Position numbers and translations under genes: made by a program
The notes under the pieces: generated by a model
Seen by the model: the letters and a program-made list of their open reading frames with translations, nothing else
What the model was told of the DNA's origin: nothing
The model's database searches: none
Shown: positions 27,591 to 35,924 of the stretch, one piece after another
Position numbering within the stretch: the stretch's first letter is position 1
Layout of the letters: each line of letters begins with the position of its first letter
Virus record (IMG/VR): IMGVR_UViG_3300045454_000116
Coordinates: 1-54,413 of that record
Source of the DNA: a virus
Lineage: Duplodnaviria; Caudoviricetes
Length of the DNA: 54,413 nucleotides
Reading direction: 5' to 3' (one strand)

Positions 27591-28163
27591 ACCGGACAGC
27601 CGGAAATCTTCGCCCGCGACGTCCAGATCAACGATACGGCCTACCGGCGGCTGGATCCGGAATACTACGCCTGGCTCCGCTCGCGGATGAACCTGGCGAA
27701 GCTCGCCGCCGGCGCGGGGCGGCTCAGCCCGGACGCGTTCGACGAGCTGCGCGAGAAGTTCAATGCCGTGCACGAGTGGGCCGTCGCCCATTTCGGCGAG
27801 GAAAGACTGCGCGAGGCCGTTCGCAATCTCGACGCCCGCAACTACACCCCTCCCGTCGCGGAACCGGACAAGCCGGTTCGCCCCGCGCCTGCCGCCGAAC
27901 ATATCGCGTTTGACCCCGTGGCCATGGTGGATGCGATCCGCGATCAGGCTCTCTCGCTTGGCTGGACCGAGCAGAGCCTTTACGGGACCGGCGGCACAAC
28001 GCGTGCGCTGTTTGGAAAAGCGTGTGGGCTCGCGAACCTGCTCAAGGCCACCGACCAGATCGGCGAAGTCACGCGGCAATCCATCGAGATCATTCTTGCC
28101 AGCGGCGTGCGCCAGCACTTCTACAATCCGGACGTCGAACAGCCCTGGATCCGGCGTGTCTGA
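27492..28163 (+). CDS. Hypothetical protein
   Basis: Long ORF in operon orientation; start uncertain because the 5' end overlaps the iterons. Confidence 0.65.
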   Translation: MTSGGHVSGRDVDLVHVLPWTSLLVSTALDTWTTGQPEIFARDVQINDTAYRRLDPEYYAWLRSRMNLAKLAAGAGRLSPDAFDELREKFNAVHEWAVAHFGEERLREAVRNLDARNYTPPVAEPDKPVRPAPAAEHIAFDPVAMVDAIRDQALSLGWTEQSLYGTGGTTRALFGKACGLANLLKATDQIGEVTRQSIEIILASGVRQHFYNPDVEQPWIRRV

Positions 28164-28181
28164 AAAAAGTTCGCCGCGGCA

Positions 28182-28212
28182 GGACAACCCGGACTGGCGG
28201 CGGGTATATAGT
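28182..28212 (+). promoter_or_regulatory. Putative late promoter GGACAA-N16-GTATATAGT
   Basis: Intergenic; identical architecture to 2232-2262. Confidence 0.55.
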
Positions 28213-28348
28213 ACACGGAAGCCCAGCACGCCAGGCAGACCACGGGGCGGACGTCGCGTGGGGCAGTCCAGAGATCAGTTCGATCGAGCGCCGGGACGCT
28301 CGCCAATCTCCTTCCCGCAGATTCCACACGAGAGGTCTGTCCGCGACG

Positions 28349-28690
28349 ATGACCGCCGCGATTCCCGTTTACCGTGCCGATGGCCGGCTTTATGATCACG
28401 TCACCGAGCGCGCGCTCGAGCGGCTCCAAGCGGCGGGACTCATCGCGCGCGTCGTGCGGCATCGCAAGGGCCACATCAACCGCGCCATTCTCGTCATGCG
28501 CCCGGGCGAAGAGCCGCTCCGGCGCACGGCGTACATGGGCACGCGGTACAGCTTTAAGGACCACCTCGAGCACGGCCTCTGTTGGGACTTGAAGCGGCTG
28601 GGAGGCGAGCGTTGGGGCGCGAACTACGCGCCCGACGACGTGCGGCCGATCTTCTTGCAGGTGGTGGCCGATTGCCTGGTCGTGCGATGA
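28349..28690 (+). CDS. Hypothetical protein
   Basis: ORF after the putative late promoter, GAGG upstream. Confidence 0.6.
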   Translation: MTAAIPVYRADGRLYDHVTERALERLQAAGLIARVVRHRKGHINRAILVMRPGEEPLRRTAYMGTRYSFKDHLEHGLCWDLKRLGGERWGANYAPDDVRPIFLQVVADCLVVR

Positions 28691-28815
28691 AGCAGCGCAA
28701 GAAGCAGGTCAGCGCGCGCTGGATCGCCAAGGCGCGCGGCGTGATCGGCCAGGCAAAGCGGGCCAAGAGATCGCGGCCGGCGTTCCGAGCCGCGGCCGCG
28801 TCGAAGGAGTGCTGA
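28687..28815 (+). CDS. Small highly basic peptide (42 aa)
   Basis: ATGA overlap with the upstream gene; K/R-rich. Confidence 0.4.
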   Translation: MKQRKKQVSARWIAKARGVIGQAKRAKRSRPAFRAAAASKEC

Positions 28816-28868
28816 GGGAGGCAAGGAAAAGCGGGCAGGCAGAATGGACACGGTCAAGATGAACGAGC

Positions 28869-28997
28869 CATCTTCGGAAATTCCGAAGATGCCAGGCAAT
28901 CGTGGGTCCCTCCTGGCGCCCATCGGCGGCGGTGGTCGGGTGGCACGATTTCGCTTGCGTCACGACGGAAAAAAGGTGGTCGGTTGTCGGTTGTCAC
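28869..28997. other. Candidate cos/packaging region
   Basis: Perfect 11-bp-arm palindrome at 28869-28891, cosQ-like GGGTCCC at 28904 (lambda cosQ is GGGTCCT), downstream GG(T/G)TC-type short repeats (GGTGGTC/GGTTGTC); phage has a gpA-type terminase. Confidence 0.45.
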
Positions 28998-29024
28998 TGC
29001 CTCCGTTGAGGCCTTCAGCAAACC

Positions 29025-29384
29025 ATGGCTGATTCTCCCTCCCTCCAGCCGCGATCGCTTGGAAGGATCGCGGTCTCCACGCCAGGAACACCCGTCCGGG
29101 TGACCTCCGACACCTCGATCCGGGCCCACCGGATCCGCTTCGCCGCCGTCATCGGCGAGACGGGGCGGGTGTTCCTCGGCCTGCAAGGGATGAACAAAGC
29201 CACGGGCGCCGGCGTGGTGAAGGAGTTCTGGCCCACGGGCGCGGGCGGCGGCGTGGCCGACGAGTTGGTGCTCGAGTCCGCTGCTGGCGACCTGCGGCCG
29301 TCGGACTACTACCTCGACGCCAACACGGCGGGCGAGGGGTTGATCGTCGCCTACTGGACCTGGGTGCCGAGCTATGCCAGTTGA
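29025..29384 (+). CDS. Hypothetical beta-rich protein
   Basis: 119-aa ORF overlapping the following MTase start. Confidence 0.65.
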   Translation: MADSPSLQPRSLGRIAVSTPGTPVRVTSDTSIRAHRIRFAAVIGETGRVFLGLQGMNKATGAGVVKEFWPTGAGGGVADELVLESAAGDLRPSDYYLDANTAGEGLIVAYWTWVPSYAS

Positions 29385-30834
29385 CCGCGTGACGCCGGCG
29401 ATGGCGAAGCGCATCGAGTTGTGGCCCCTCGCGCGGCTTGCGCCCTACCAGCGCAACCCCAGGACGCATTCCGAGGAGCAGGTGACGCAGATCGCGGCTT
29501 CGATTGCGGAGTTCGGCTTCTGTAACCCGATTCTGGTCGACTCGCGCGACGGCATCGTGGCCGGGCACGGGCGGTTGCTGGCGGCGAAGAAACTGGGGCT
29601 CGCTCAAGTGCCGGTCATCGTCCTGGATCATTTGGACGAAAACCAGCGGCGGGCCTACCTCCTCGCCGACAACCGGCTGTCGGAGCTGGCGGGATGGGAC
29701 CCCGAACTGCTGGCGCTCGAACTGAAGCAACTCGCGGATGCCGGATTCGACGCGACGCTGGCCGGGTTCGATCAGAAAGAGATCGACGACTTCCTGGCGT
29801 CGCTCGAACGGGACGCGGAGCCCGAGTCCAACGACGCCGAGGACTCCGTGCCGGAAGTGCCTGCGGAGGCGGTCACCCGGCCCGGCGACCTGTGGCTGAT
29901 CGGGCCGCATCGCCTCATCTGCGGCGACTGCCGCGATCGCAGCGTCATCGCCGAGCTGTTCGAGGGCCGGAAGGCGAACGTGGTCATCACCTCGCCGCCT
30001 TACGCCACGCAGCGGCAGTACGATCCTTCGAGCGGCTTCGAACCCGTGCCGCCCGAGAAGTATGTCGCCTGGTTCCGGGACGTGGCCGCAGCGATCGAAT
30101 CGGTGCTCGCGCCTGACGGCTCCTACTTCCTCAACATCAAAGCCCACGCCGACGAAGGCGAGCGGCACACCTACGTGATGGACCTGGTGCTCGCGCACAA
30201 GCGGCAGTGGGGCTGGCGCTTTGTGGACGAATTCTGCTGGCGCAAGACCGACGACGGCGTGCCGGGCGGCTGGTCGAACCGCTTCAAGAACGCCTGGGAG
30301 CCGATTTATCACTTCTCGCGCGAGCGCAAGATCAAGTTCCGGCCGCGCGAGGTAGCGCACTGGTCCGATGACTGCTTCGATTACTCGCCCGACAATCCGA
30401 AGTCCGCGTCGGGCAGCGGGCTGCTCGGCACGGGGCCGCGCGGCGCGGCGGCCGACAAGGGCAAGAACCAGGCCGCCTGGCAGACCACGCGACGCAACGC
30501 CAACGACCTCGAGGGCCGGCACGGAGGCCTCGCGCGGCCCTCAAACGTGATCGAAGCCAAGACCGAGTCCTCGCAGGGGAACCACTCGGCGCCGTTTCCG
30601 CGCGCGATCCCGGAGTTCTTCATCAAAGCCTTCTCCGATGCCGGCGATGTGATCTTCGATCCGTTCGCGGGCAGCGGCACCACACTCGTCGCCGCCGGGC
30701 TGCTCGAGCGATCAGGCTTCGGCGTCGAGATCAGCCCGGCTTACTGCGACGTGATCCTGCGCCGCATGCAGGAAACCTTGAAGCTCACGCCCGTCCATGC
30801 GGTGACGGGCGAACCATTTCCATCCCACACGTGA
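29374..30834 (+). CDS. ParB-N domain + DNA methyltransferase (beta class, SPPY)
   Basis: 'RNPRTH', 'AGHGRL', 'ADNRL'; 'TSPPY' precedes 'DPFAGSGTT'. Confidence 0.9.
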   Translation: MPVDRVTPAMAKRIELWPLARLAPYQRNPRTHSEEQVTQIAASIAEFGFCNPILVDSRDGIVAGHGRLLAAKKLGLAQVPVIVLDHLDENQRRAYLLADNRLSELAGWDPELLALELKQLADAGFDATLAGFDQKEIDDFLASLERDAEPESNDAEDSVPEVPAEAVTRPGDLWLIGPHRLICGDCRDRSVIAELFEGRKANVVITSPPYATQRQYDPSSGFEPVPPEKYVAWFRDVAAAIESVLAPDGSYFLNIKAHADEGERHTYVMDLVLAHKRQWGWRFVDEFCWRKTDDGVPGGWSNRFKNAWEPIYHFSRERKIKFRPREVAHWSDDCFDYSPDNPKSASGSGLLGTGPRGAAADKGKNQAAWQTTRRNANDLEGRHGGLARPSNVIEAKTESSQGNHSAPFPRAIPEFFIKAFSDAGDVIFDPFAGSGTTLVAAGLLERSGFGVEISPAYCDVILRRMQETLKLTPVHAVTGEPFPSHT

Positions 30835-30848
30835 AGGAGTGAATCACC

Positions 30849-31286
30849 ATGCCGGAAGTAGCCACGTCGAACCAGGCCGAACGCGAGTTCGAGACCGGGA
30901 CGGACGAATCGTTCAAGAACACGAGCGCTGCCGCCGGGGCCGCGCACAGCGAGAACCAGCGCGTGACGTTCGCCAACATCAAGCGCACCTACGACGTCTA
31001 CCAGGACCTGGACATCCAGGCCGCGCGGCAGGCTCTCACCGAGCAGACGCGGCTGAACCAGATCGCCTCGCAGGCGCTCCAGAACGCCGTCGAGACGGCC
31101 AACCTGGTATCGAAGCAGGCCGTGCGCCATGGCGACATCGCCATCGACGGCCAGTGGAATCCCATCCAGGCCGGTGCGGGCGACACGCTGACGGCGCGGG
31201 CGGTAGCGATCGACGACGTCTCGCTCAAGGCCATCGGCGCGGTGGTCGCGGCCGCCGTGGCCGACGCGCTGGCCAAGGGCAAGTAG
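30849..31286 (+). CDS. Hypothetical Ala/Gln-rich helical protein
   Basis: AAGGAG RBS, 145 aa, followed by a terminator. Confidence 0.75.
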   Translation: MPEVATSNQAEREFETGTDESFKNTSAAAGAAHSENQRVTFANIKRTYDVYQDLDIQAARQALTEQTRLNQIASQALQNAVETANLVSKQAVRHGDIAIDGQWNPIQAGAGDTLTARAVAIDDVSLKAIGAVVAAAVADALAKGK

Positions 31287-31311
31287 TCTTTCTCCTGAAG
31301 GGCGCAAGGAA

Positions 31312-31352
31312 GGGGCGGCTCGGCATCCCCGTGTCGGGCCGCCCCGCTTTTT
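31312..31352 (+). terminator. Rho-independent terminator
   Basis: GGGGCGGCTCGGCA...TGTCGGGCCGCCCC stem followed by a T run. Confidence 0.7.
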
Positions 31353-31369
31353 CACGGCTCGAATTCCGA

Positions 31370-31444
31370 TGCGGAGTGGCGCAGTGGCAGCGCGGCGGAC
31401 TCATAATCCGCAGGCCGCGGGTTCGATTCCCGCCTCCGCGACCA
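31370..31444 (+). tRNA. tRNA with CAT anticodon (Met-type; atypical)
   Basis: Full cloverleaf: TGCGGAG/CTCCGCG acceptor, GCGC D-stem, GCGGA-CTCATAA-TCCGC anticodon arm, GCGGG-TTCGATT-CCCGC T arm, encoded ACCA. Confidence 0.9.
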
Positions 31445-31523
31445 GGCATTGCCCATGATCCGCGAACTGCGGCTGTGGTGGCGGCTGCGGCTGCTCGTCA
31501 AACAATTCCAGGAGCTGACGAAA

Positions 31524-31724
31524 ATGAAGTTCTCTTTGAATGTCGCCATTCAGATGCTGGCGCTGGTGGCGCAGGGCTTGAATGCTTCAATCGACCTGCT
31601 GCCCGGGCGCGGCAAGTTCTGGGCCATGGTCTCGTTGTCGGCGGTGCAGGGTCTCACGGCCGTGATCGCCCATTTCGCCAACCCCGACGGCACGCCGGCC
31701 GAGGCCCCCTATACCAAGAAGTGA
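31524..31724 (+). CDS. Small membrane protein, possible holin
   Basis: Two hydrophobic segments; GGAG RBS; alternative upstream start at 31455. Confidence 0.5.
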   Translation: MKFSLNVAIQMLALVAQGLNASIDLLPGRGKFWAMVSLSAVQGLTAVIAHFANPDGTPAEAPYTKK

Positions 31725-32980
31725 AGCCGGACCTCCACATCGAGCGCTGGCCGCTGGAGCGGCTGATTCCCTACGCGAGGAATCCGCGCACGCACACCGA
31801 GGAGCAGGTAGCGCAGATCGCAGCGTCGATCGCCGAGTTCGGCTTCGTCAACCCCGTTCTCGTCGGAGCCGATGGCGTCATCATCGCCGGCCACGCGCGC
31901 GTGATGGCCGCGCGGAAGCTCGGGATGACTGAAGCACCGGTGATCGTGCTCGATCACCTGAGCCAGGCGCAGCGCCGCGCGCTGGTCATTGCCGACAACA
32001 GGCTTGCCCAAGACGCCAGGTGGGATGAGGAGATGCTGCGAGTGGAACTCGAGGCGCTCCGCGAGGATGAATTCAACCTCGACTTGCTGGGCTTCGCCGA
32101 TGACGAGATCGAGGCTTTGCTTGCGGAGCCGGACGACTCTATCGCCGGCAACACCGAGGACGATGCGGTCCCGGAGACGCCCGAGACGGCGGTTACGGTC
32201 CCTGGCGATGTTTGGCTGCTTGGCGATCATCGGCTGCTGTGCGGCGACTCGACGCAGATGGAAGCCATCCAGAAGGTGCTGGCGGGCGGGCTGGCCGACA
32301 TGACCTGGACAGACCCTCCCTACGGGGTTAACTACGGCGCCACGATGAAGGACAAGCTCCGAAAAAAGCATCGCCGGATCGCCAACGATAACCTCGGCCC
32401 CGCGTTTGAACCCTTCCTGCGCGACGCCTGCACGAACATCCTCGCCGTCACCAAGGGCGCGGTCTACATCTGCATGTCCTCGTCGGAGCTGCACACGCTG
32501 CACAAGGCGTTCACTGAAGCGGGCGGCCACTGGTCCACGTTCCTCATCTGGGCCAAGAACACATTCACCATGGGCCGATCCGACTACCAGCGGCAGTACG
32601 AGCCGATCCTCTACGGATGGAAGGAGGGCACGGACCACTACTGGTGCGGCGCCCGCGACCAGGGCGACGTGTGGTTCGTGAAGAAGCCCGTCGCCAACGA
32701 CCTGCACCCGACAATGAAACCGGTCGAGCTGGTCGAGCGCGCCATCCGCAATTCGAGCAAGAGCCGGGACACGGTGCTCGATCCGTTCGCTGGGGCGGGC
32801 TCGACACTGATCGCTTGCGAAAAGACCGGCCGCCAGGCGCGGCTGATGGAGATCGATCCACCGTATTGTGATGTCGTGATTTCTCGCTGGGAATCTCATA
32901 CCGGGAAGAAGGCGGTGCTCGAGTCGTCTGGGGAGCCCTTCGAAGTAGTCCGGGCGAATCGCAGTTCTGTGACTCAGTAA
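31721..32980 (+). CDS. ParB-N domain + DNA methyltransferase (beta class, DPPY)
   Basis: 'RNPRTH', 'AGHARV'; 'TDPPY', 'HPTMKP', 'DPFAGAGST'; GTG start overlaps the upstream stop. Confidence 0.92.
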   Translation: MKPDLHIERWPLERLIPYARNPRTHTEEQVAQIAASIAEFGFVNPVLVGADGVIIAGHARVMAARKLGMTEAPVIVLDHLSQAQRRALVIADNRLAQDARWDEEMLRVELEALREDEFNLDLLGFADDEIEALLAEPDDSIAGNTEDDAVPETPETAVTVPGDVWLLGDHRLLCGDSTQMEAIQKVLAGGLADMTWTDPPYGVNYGATMKDKLRKKHRRIANDNLGPAFEPFLRDACTNILAVTKGAVYICMSSSELHTLHKAFTEAGGHWSTFLIWAKNTFTMGRSDYQRQYEPILYGWKEGTDHYWCGARDQGDVWFVKKPVANDLHPTMKPVELVERAIRNSSKSRDTVLDPFAGAGSTLIACEKTGRQARLMEIDPPYCDVVISRWESHTGKKAVLESSGEPFEVVRANRSSVTQ

Positions 32981-33006
32981 CGCTCCGAACGTTCCCCGCT
33001 TCGCAT

Positions 33007-33657
33007 TTGACACCTATGCTTGCTCTAAGTCCGCAAGTTCTTGGGCTGGTCTGCGCCGGCCCGGTTACAAAGACGTGCAAGCGATGCCGGCGAGAATTGC
33101 CGATCGAGCAGTTCTATCGGGTCCGCTCGAACACTCTGTCGTCCCGCTGCCGTTCTTGCCACGGTGTGGAGGTGCGTCAGTGCGTCATATGCGGGGCAGA
33201 CTTTGAAGGAAGAGCCAGTCGAAAACTCTGTTCGGATCGGTGCAGGAAAGCTTACCGGCCGCAAACCTTCTTGACTTGCCGTTATTGCGGGCGGACGTTT
33301 GGTCCGGTTGATCATCTTGCCCGTGTGTACTGCTCGTATGCCTGCAAAGCCCTGGCGCAGGTCGTTGGCCGTCGGCCGCCCATGCAGTGCAACCGAAAGG
33401 CAAAGACTGCCCAGCGCATTGTTCGCTACCACGTCCAGACCGGCCGACTTCAGCGCCCTGAGCGCTGCTCGTGGTGTGGACGGCAGGGACGCATCGAAGC
33501 CGCGCACGAGAATTACGATCGGCCGCTTGAGGTTCATTGGCTCTGCACCTCGTGCCACCGTAAGTGGGATTGGGCCGATCCGAAGGGAGGCGTGACTGCA
33601 TCGAGCGGACGAGACCTGGAACAGTCGCAGAATGGCGACGCTGAGTATCGAGCGTGA
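33007..33657 (+). CDS. Zinc-finger/HNH-like endonuclease
   Basis: Multiple CxxC pairs; C-terminal 'IEAAHENYDRPLEVHWLCTSCH'. Confidence 0.7.
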   Translation: MTPMLALSPQVLGLVCAGPVTKTCKRCRRELPIEQFYRVRSNTLSSRCRSCHGVEVRQCVICGADFEGRASRKLCSDRCRKAYRPQTFLTCRYCGRTFGPVDHLARVYCSYACKALAQVVGRRPPMQCNRKAKTAQRIVRYHVQTGRLQRPERCSWCGRQGRIEAAHENYDRPLEVHWLCTSCHRKWDWADPKGGVTASSGRDLEQSQNGDAEYRA

Positions 33658-33811
33658 GATCGCCCGCTGCGAACGGGAGATGGCCGAAGCAGAAGCGCTG
33701 CTGCGCGCCGGCCATCCGGATGTCGCGGGGCTGTGCCTGGCGCTGCACGACTGGGCGCAAGAACTTCGGATCTTGCAGCGGGAGCGGGAGCAATGGATGA
33801 AAGGATCCTGA
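33632..33811 (+). CDS. Small hypothetical protein (59 aa; not in the ORF track)
   Basis: MATLSIEREIARCEREMAEAEALLRAGHPD...; fills the gap and overlaps both neighbours. Confidence 0.5.
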   Translation: MATLSIEREIARCEREMAEAEALLRAGHPDVAGLCLALHDWAQELRILQREREQWMKGS

Positions 33812-34047
33812 CGGCCATCGTGCCAGCGATCGGATTGGTTTCAGGTCTGATCGCCGCCTACGTGAGCCTTCAGAACCGGGCGCTGCTGGCCGAGGTGCGC
33901 AAGGAACTGGCCGAGCTCGAGAGCCGCATCATTTTGCGCCTGAACGGTCTGTACCTCCGGAGGGCCGAGGCCGACCTGCGGGAGGCTTTGCTGGAGGAAC
34001 GGATTGAAAGGATCGTACGGCAGAAGAGAGAAACCGCCAACGACTGA
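33793..34047 (+). CDS. Single-TM coiled-coil protein
   Basis: N-terminal hydrophobic helix then a heptad-rich tail; GGAG RBS. Confidence 0.6.
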   Translation: MDERILTAIVPAIGLVSGLIAAYVSLQNRALLAEVRKELAELESRIILRLNGLYLRRAEADLREALLEERIERIVRQKRETAND

Positions 34048-34077
34048 GGCTGGCGGTGGAAGGTGAAGCGGATGTTG

Positions 34078-34641
34078 CTACTTGGCCGCGATCCGGTACG
34101 CCCGCGCGCCCTCGGGTGTCTTGAGGGACTCGACCGCGAGGCCCATCTTCTTGCCGAGTGCGCCGGACAGGAAGCCGCGGACGCTGTGGGCCTGCCAGTC
34201 GGTGGCGGCCATGATCTGCTTGAGAGTCGCGCCGCCCGGCTGGCGGACCAGCTCAAGGACCTTGGCCTTCTTGCTGCCTTCGCGCGCCCCTTTGGGCCCC
34301 TTGGCGTCGCCTTTCGGCTTGGTCTCCTCGGCAGCCTTGGCCTTCTTCGGCGCGGCAGGGGCTGCCTGTGGCGCGGCGGTGGGCGTCAGGGCTTGGACCG
34401 CCTTCCAGATGCGGACCACTGCCGTTTTGCGGTCGGTGAACTTCTTGACCGGCTTGAGATCACCAAACGGCGGTACGCCGGCGAAGCTGTTCCAAATCTC
34501 GACCAGGCGGTCGATGGGCCAGTTGGCGGCGAGCTTAACAAGCTCTTTCTCGCTGGTGAACCGCGCATGCTCCGCAGGGATTGCGTCCCCGGCGGTGTAG
34601 GCGGTGATGGTGTTGTCGGTGTCGATCGCAAACGTCGTCAT
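34078..34641 (-). CDS. DUF3489-like protein
   Basis: 'REGSKKAKVLELVRQPGGATLKQIMAATDWQAHSVRGFLSGALGKKMGL'. Confidence 0.88.
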   Translation of the reverse strand: MTTFAIDTDNTITAYTAGDAIPAEHARFTSEKELVKLAANWPIDRLVEIWNSFAGVPPFGDLKPVKKFTDRKTAVVRIWKAVQALTPTAAPQAAPAAPKKAKAAEETKPKGDAKGPKGAREGSKKAKVLELVRQPGGATLKQIMAATDWQAHSVRGFLSGALGKKMGLAVESLKTPEGARAYRIAAK

Positions 34642-34656
34642 GGTAGTGTTCCTTTC

Positions 34657-34890
34657 CTATCGGTTCATGCCGGCTAGCTTGTCGTCGGCGGTTAGGTGCA
34701 AGTTCTTGTAGTAGCCGCTCGCGACTCTCGCCCACCCGAATGGGGTCGCGAGCTCATGCCGGGCGGCAATCCTGCTGAGTTTCAAGCGGTGGGTGCCGTT
34801 GGGAAACTCCTTCTTGAGGTGGCCCCAGCGGTCGAGCTTCCAGCCGTTGCGCGTGGCCCAGGCGATCAGTTCTTCGCGCGTGATGGCCAT
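34657..34890 (-). CDS. Hypothetical protein
   Basis: GGAGG RBS; part of the reverse-strand small-gene operon. Confidence 0.65.
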   Translation of the reverse strand: MAITREELIAWATRNGWKLDRWGHLKKEFPNGTHRLKLSRIAARHELATPFGWARVASGYYKNLHLTADDKLAGMNR

Positions 34891-34895
34891 CGTGG

Positions 34896-35084
34896 TCAGT
34901 CCTCCTGGCGGCGGTCGACGAGGCCGCTGGCGTCCTCGACCGACTGCCGGATGTCGTTCCAGCAGCCGCGGCAAAACTGGACCTTGTCGAGGAGCAGTCC
35001 CTCGCGGTTGGTCAGCACAAGCTCGCGGTGGATCGGCTTGGCCTCGTCACACAGCGAGCATTCGATGTAGGGTGTCGCGTTCAT
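34896..35084 (-). CDS. Small CxxC-containing protein
   Basis: 'CSLC...CRGC'; AAGGAG RBS. Confidence 0.65.
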   Translation of the reverse strand: MNATPYIECSLCDEAKPIHRELVLTNREGLLLDKVQFCRGCWNDIRQSVEDASGLVDRRQED

Positions 35085-35102
35085 GGTTTGTCTCCTTGCG
35101 GG

Positions 35103-35354
35103 TCAGTACGCGAGGCCCCTGGCGCCGGCCACGCTCCGATCGCCCAAGCCGGCCAGTACGCAGGCCAGTTGCTCGGTGATGCGGCCGAGGTCGCCCGAGT
35201 AGCCCCAGTCGGCGGGCACGGCGGCCTGGCGAGCCTTGTGCTCTTCGAGCCGCATGGCGATGCGGGCGAGCAGATCCTGGGCTTCGGCGTACCGCTCGGC
35301 GTACAGGCGGGCGGCGGTCTGTTGCGTGGTCGATTGCGTTTGGGTGTTCCTCAT
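35103..35354 (-). CDS. Hypothetical protein
   Basis: 'DWGYSGDL' helical protein; GGAG RBS; first gene of the reverse operon. Confidence 0.65.
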   Translation of the reverse strand: MRNTQTQSTTQQTAARLYAERYAEAQDLLARIAMRLEEHKARQAAVPADWGYSGDLGRITEQLACVLAGLGDRSVAGARGLAY

Positions 35355-35426
35355 CGCGACTCCATTCATCGCTTCCCTTCCACGGAGAAGCAAGCGAATT
35401 CCGCCATCGAATCGCGAGAAAGTTCC

Positions 35427-35924
35427 ATGCCGCTCATGAGCCTGCGCGCCTACGCCAAGCATCGCGGCGTGAGCCTGGCGGCTGTGCAAAAGGCGATCCA
35501 TTCCGGGCGCATTAGCCCCAACTCCGACGGCCTGATCGATAGCGAACGCGCCGACGCCGAATGGACGGCGAAGACGCGGCCCGGGCAGCGGCGGGCGAAA
35601 ATCGTTCCGCCCACGCAGCCGCCGCCGGCCGAGGCGCCCGGCGGGAGCCTGGATTACTTCCGCGCGCGGGCGATCCGGGAAAGCTACCTGGCGCGGCTCG
35701 CCAAGATCGAGTTCGAGGAGCGCACGGCGAAGCTCGTAAGCCGCGACGAGGTGCAGGTGGCGGCCTTCACCAACGGGCGCACGGTCCGGGACAACCTGCT
35801 GAACATCCCCGACCGCCTGGCGGCGACGCTCGCCGCGGAGACGGACGCCGACCGGGTCCATCACCTGTTGAGCGCCGAGATCCGCAAGGCGCTGGAGGAA
35901 CTGGCGGATGCCCACAGCGGCTGA
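35427..35924 (+). CDS. Terminase small subunit (Nu1-like)
   Basis: N-terminal HTH 'SLRAYAKHRGVSLAAVQKAI'; overlaps the TerL start. Confidence 0.8.
   Translation: MPLMSLRAYAKHRGVSLAAVQKAIHSGRISPNSDGLIDSERADAEWTAKTRPGQRRAKIVPPTQPPPAEAPGGSLDYFRARAIRESYLARLAKIEFEERTAKLVSRDEVQVAAFTNGRTVRDNLLNIPDRLAATLAAETDADRVHHLLSAEIRKALEELADAHSG

Noticed and set aside
30839-31720. N-terminal extension of the 713-aa ORF in the track
   Set aside because: It overlaps a better ORF, a terminator and a tRNA; MTase homology starts at GTG 31721.
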